From NCBI RefSeq assembly GCF_009914755.1, contig NC_060925.1: DNA of 64,000 nucleotides. One strand, 5' to 3'. The notes below the pieces were generated by a model, which was not told the DNA's origin, ran no database searches, and was given only the letters and a program-made list of their open reading frames with translations. Of the stretch, positions 57,308 through 64,000 are shown piece after piece. The DNA comes from the human T2T-CHM13v2.0 reference genome, Homo sapiens. A program made the position numbers and the translations under genes. The first letter of the stretch is position 1. Every line of letters starts with the position of its first letter.

Positions 57308-57868
57308 GGCTGGGCGTGGTAGTTAATGCCTATAATCCTTGCACTTTGGGAGGCCAAGGCAGGAGAATCACTTGAGGCCAGGAGTTTGAGACCAGCCTGG
57401 GCAACATGGCAGGACTCTGCCTGTATGAAAAATTAAAAAAAATTGTTGAGGCTCACATCTGTAATCCCAACACTTTGGGAGGCTAATGCCGGCAGATCAC
57501 TTGAGCCCAGGAGTTTGTGATCAGCCTGGGCAACATAGCAAAACCCCATGGCTACAAAAAAGTAGCCGGTCGTGGTCGTGCATGTCTGTAGTCCTAGCTA
57601 CTCGGGGCCTGAGGTGGGAGGATCACGCAAGCCTGGGGAGGTCAAGGCTGCAGTGAGCTGTGATCTGCACTCCAGCTGGATGACAGATACAGACCCTGTC
57701 TAAAAAAAAAAAAAAAATTAGTTGAGTGTGCTGGCATGTACCTGTAGTCCTACCTCCTCAGGAGACTGAGGCTGGGGGTCACTTGAGCCAAGTTCAAGGC
57801 TGCAATGAGCTATGATCACACCACTGTGCTCCGGCCTGGGCTACAGAGGGAGACTCTGTCTCAAAAAA
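57308..57868 (+). mobile_element. AluJ with a second AluJ nested in its linker
   Basis: Left arm 57308-57445, inner Alu about 57449-57717, right arm 57718-57868. Confidence 0.85.
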
Positions 57869-57869
57869 T

Positions 57870-57872
<3 letters not shown>

Positions 57873-57936
<64 letters not shown>
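57873..57936. repeat. (AT)18(GT)14 compound microsatellite
   Basis: Read directly from the sequence. Confidence 0.95.
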
Positions 57937-57945
<9 letters not shown>

Positions 57946-60182
57946 TGATATATATGATATAATATATGTGTGTGTCAATATGGGTGGGATTTTACTTCTG
58001 AGTGTAGGAGGTAAATCTAGAAATTTACCCAGAGCCCTAGAAACACCCTTTTACCAGGCACTCCACCTGGGTTGGCTGGGTCCAGCTCCTGCCTACCTGG
58101 TTTCTGCTGCTTCTAAGCTCAGTTTCCAGAACTCAGAGGTCCCCACTAGAAGGTCTGATCATGTCAGGAAAACAAGGGATCAAGGGCTGTTTTGGGCCAC
58201 TTAACATAACCTGAGAGAGGAGACAACCTCTTCTAGATTTATGTCAACAGAAATGCACTCCCAGCATTGTCAGACCTCAAAAATAGGGCTTTACGTGAAA
58301 GGCAAGGGGCTGGGTTTAGGGAAGAACCTATTCTAGGAACAGCATCCTGGGCTTTATATTAATTACATTTTGCAGTTTTTCCCCACGTTACATTCACTAA
58401 CTATAATTGAGTCCTCACAGAAACCCTGCAGAGTTGACATTTTTATCCCTGCTGCACAGCTGAGAAAATTGAGGTTAGAAGAGGTGAAGTGACTGGTCCA
58501 AAGTCACACAATTAGCTGCTGATCTAAGAGTGGAACCCAGGCCTGTTGGACTCCCAGCCCGGAGTTCCGCTGTACTGCTCTGCCTGGCAATGGTTTGGGG
58601 AGTGAGATTGTATCTGGAGGAGAATATAGAGAAGGGCAAAACTCACAGGTGGCCAGAGGTGCAGAGAGTTAACCAGTTTCTCAGTCCCTCAAGGACAGAT
58701 GGTCTGATGAGGCTGGTTGGGGACTGCAGAGAACGAGGAATCGATCTGCCATTCCATGTGAAAATGGATTGTAGCCCCAGCCTGTGTGTGTCAATGGAGC
58801 TGATTAGCACTTGCGTGAGTCTGCAGCCATCGATTGGCAGGTGAGAATCGTTCTGGGAGCAGCAGGAAGCCAGTCCTCTCCCACTCCCATTGCCACCAGA
58901 TTCTTCCCTCCACAGAGGTTTTCTCCCCATCCCTACTACCTGGAGTCTCCAGACCTCCTCCAAACCCCAGAGCTAACGGGTGCTCAGAGCCACTTTAGCT
59001 GCATCCAACCAAAGGTGGGGGCATAAACGGTACCCACCTCATTCAGCCATGCTGGTTGCAGCTGGTAGAAGGACAGATGGCCTTTCAGGAAGGCACTGCC
59101 TGCTTGGAGGGTCCTGTGTGAGTGAGTGGGTGCAGGGTTCAGCTGGGTGCTTACATCATAAGAAGGAAAAAGCAGGGACCCTGCCACATACTTATCATGT
59201 GACCTCGGGCAAGTCATTTGCCTTTCTGGGCTCCAATTGCTCTACGTGTATGGGATTAAAAATACCTTCCTCAGTAGATTGTTGAGGCCAGGCACAGTGG
59301 CTCACACCTGTAATCCCAACACTTTGGGAGGCTAAGGCTGGTGGATCCTACATAGTAGAAACTAAAAATGTTACTTGGAAATGGACTCTCCACTGTCTTC
59401 AAGAGGCACCCACTCTGGGGACCCCCGTCTGGTCCCACTTCTACCTCTCTTTTCATCATTTGAATGTTGAAGACAAGTTACAGCAAGAGCCTCAGTGTTT
59501 GCCCTGACTTGGGGCAGTTCTGACTTCAAGGAAGCTCAGCCCATAGTTTTGGGTTGCCTTTGGGGGAGTGAACTGTCAAGTAACAGCAAGGGAACCAGAC
59601 AGGCTCAGTTTCATCAGACCACCAAGGTCCATCTGGACTTACAGGTTCTTTCTAAGCTTGGCACATGGTATCTGGGGAGTGTTCTGACATTCTTGTGCCT
59701 GCCAGAATAGGACCTCTTCCATTACCTCTAATTGTACCAAGTCCACATGGCAGGCTTCCTTCATTAGTTTTCTCTCTTGTCCCTCCAAGGCTAGAACTCT
59801 GCCCAATTGGCATTGACCCTGATCTCCTGCCTTGATCTTGCCAGACTTCTCCCCAGGGACCTGGACATGTCTACTGATGGCTGGCCTTCTGCCCCAAGTT
59901 TGTCAGGCCATCTGTTACCAGAGCTTGGCTTCAGCCTTGACAGAGTTAGGCATTGCAAGACCACTGAAGGTCTCTGATGCCACACCCAGAGGGAAACATC
60001 ATCTTGAGTCTCTATACATAAACAGTGTGACTAAGAATTATAAGCTCTGATACGGACCACTAGGGCTGTAGTGGCAAATGAGGATTGTGGTCAAGACCAT
60101 GGACAGATGCCGTGGGGTTTAAGGATGCCTGGGATTGAGGATGAACGTAGTGGGCTTGGCTCCATGCTGAAGAAATGGATAG

Positions 60183-60561
<379 letters not shown>

Positions 60562-61061
60562 CAATGCTTTGAATAATTCACTTCGCTTCACTTCAAAGCC
60601 CTCCTCCACCACATGACAAGCATTCACATCTCTAGAGTCATCGCCCACTTCTCCTGTGCACAAACCCTCTTCTTCTCCAATCAAAGAGGGCCATTTGTCA
60701 TCCACAGCCTATCTAGGTGATTTCTCAGCTCTGTGCTTCTACAACTCTTCAGCTGCTGGCTGTTGAGAGAAGAACATAAGACTTGGAGTCTGAAGGCCAA
60801 GGTTGAAAATGTTGGTTATTCCATTTATGGGCTATATGACATCATTTATTTCATCTGCAAAATGAGGCAATGATGCTTGCCTGGTGGAATCATTCTTAAT
60901 TCATTCAGCAACTACTTGTTGAAGGAACATGCCCTGAGGCTTACCTGCATATGTGTGTGCATAGGTATACATGTATGCATATGCATGTTAGGAAGCAATG
61001 CTGATGCTCCAGCATGAAGGGATGTACCCTGAAGACAAACACAAAAAACAATAGTAGATAG

Positions 61062-61457
<396 letters not shown>

Positions 61458-61660
61458 GGAGTTTGCATTTAATCTACATTCTACTCTTTGAGTTTTAATC
61501 TTCTGAAGATCTGAATCATAGGCTACATTTTGTTTTTTAAGAAAATCAATACATGTACATTGTTTTTAAAAGCAAACTAGTACTGCAAGTCTTGCTACAA
61601 AAACAGCAGTTCATATCCTAATCAAGTCTCACTCCCCAAAGCAACCTCAAAAACATTTGA

Positions 61661-61987
61661 GGCCAGATGTGGTGGCTCATGCCTGTAATCCCAGCACTTT
61701 GGGATGCCGAGGTGAGCAGATCATTTGAGGTCAGGAGTTTCAGACCAGCCTAACCAACATGGTGAAACCCATCTCTACTAAAAATACACACACACACACA
61801 CACAAAAAAAAAATGTAGCCAGGTGTGGTGGCACATGCCTGTAGTCCCAGCTACTCGGGAGGCTGAAGCAGGAGAATCACTTCAACCTGGGAGGCAGAGA
61901 TTGCAGTGAGCCGAGATCACACCACTGCACTCCAGCCTAGGTGACAGAGTGAGACTCTGTCTCAAAAACAAAAAGAAAAAACAAAAA
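61661..61987 (+). mobile_element. AluS with (CA)n in its linker
   Basis: Dimer. TSD-like CATTTGAG. Confidence 0.93.
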
Positions 61988-62640
61988 CCATTTGAGCTCT
62001 GCCTACTGGTATTTACCTCTGAATATCAAAATAATATACTTATAATGCTTGTTCTTAGTTTATTATGGAAGATAATAATTTAATAGTTTGTATCACCCCA
62101 CCCCCACTCATCTCCTTTCTCCACCACTCCAATATAGTTACATCATAATTTTTTGTCAAATCAGTATTCAGTGTTGGCCTTACTGATTTCACACACATGA
62201 TTTACTGCTGAAACTAATCTTCCATTATCTTTCTTGTGCTGATTTTTTGTTTTTACTTATGTTAATTATCTTGTTTTTTTCTTTCTGCCATTTTCTTAGT
62301 TTTCCATATCTTTATCATGAATTCATCCCCAACTCTTCAATAGAATGTAAAAATCTTCTGAATGCTAATTTCCACATGATGAAACACATCAGGCAATCTA
62401 TTAATTCCCCCGTTTTGTTCCCTTAAGGAGACCTGGAGCCTTCCATCTCCCTCTGGGCCTTCTGCACAGAAGTTGTTCAGAGGATTCCCTTTCACACTTT
62501 TCTTGGGTGGGTCCCCTTTTCCTGGATCCCACACATCTTTTCTTTCTTGGCTTAGTCTTCCATTTTAGTGAAGCACATCCTTATCTCAGTGTGACAGGGC
62601 ATGTCCTTTACCGGCTTCCTGAGAAAGAATGCACGAGAAG

Positions 62641-63999
<1,359 letters not shown>

Positions 64000-64000
64000 A

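Noticed and set aside
53200-60100. Less repetitive upstream DNA with several 70-130 aa ORFs as a possible unannotated gene or lncRNA
   Set aside because: No CpG island, no coherent exon chain and no recognisable protein similarity. Interspersed with MIR/L2 relics.

Overview
Human (primate) genomic DNA containing the complete coding region of PSMB2 (20S proteasome subunit beta type-2 / beta4) on the minus strand. Six coding exons (40366-40456, 35334-35456, 30300-30370, 8261-8423, 4248-4297, 2282-2389) have GT-AG boundaries and join into a 606-nt ORF encoding 201 aa ([12 protein letters not shown]...ISFPKQGS*). A CpG-island promoter lies at about 40.2-40.9 kb. About 23 kb of repeat-rich upstream DNA follows, with no further protein-coding gene that I can support. 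The window is very Alu-dense (about 50 copies) and also holds L1 fragments, MIR/L2, hAT and Tigger DNA-transposon relics, an MLT1 LTR, and a decayed two-LTR ERVL provirus with nested insertions (44.8-50.7 kb). Nearly all ORFs in the supplied track are Alu/L1 or chance ORFs. I see no convincing novel multi-gene system. The best leads are regulatory or structural: (1) a competing +4 splice donor at exon 2 that would create an immediate premature stop; (2) a 16-bp palindrome near the TSS that overlaps an ARE and a cryptic donor; (3) inverted Alus downstream of the proximal poly(A) signal; (4) a REST/RE1 motif cluster at 60.1-60.2 kb; (5) a 109-bp tandem duplication in intron 1; (6) several template-switch or palindromic structures. 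Repeat boundaries and subfamily names were assigned by eye and are approximate.
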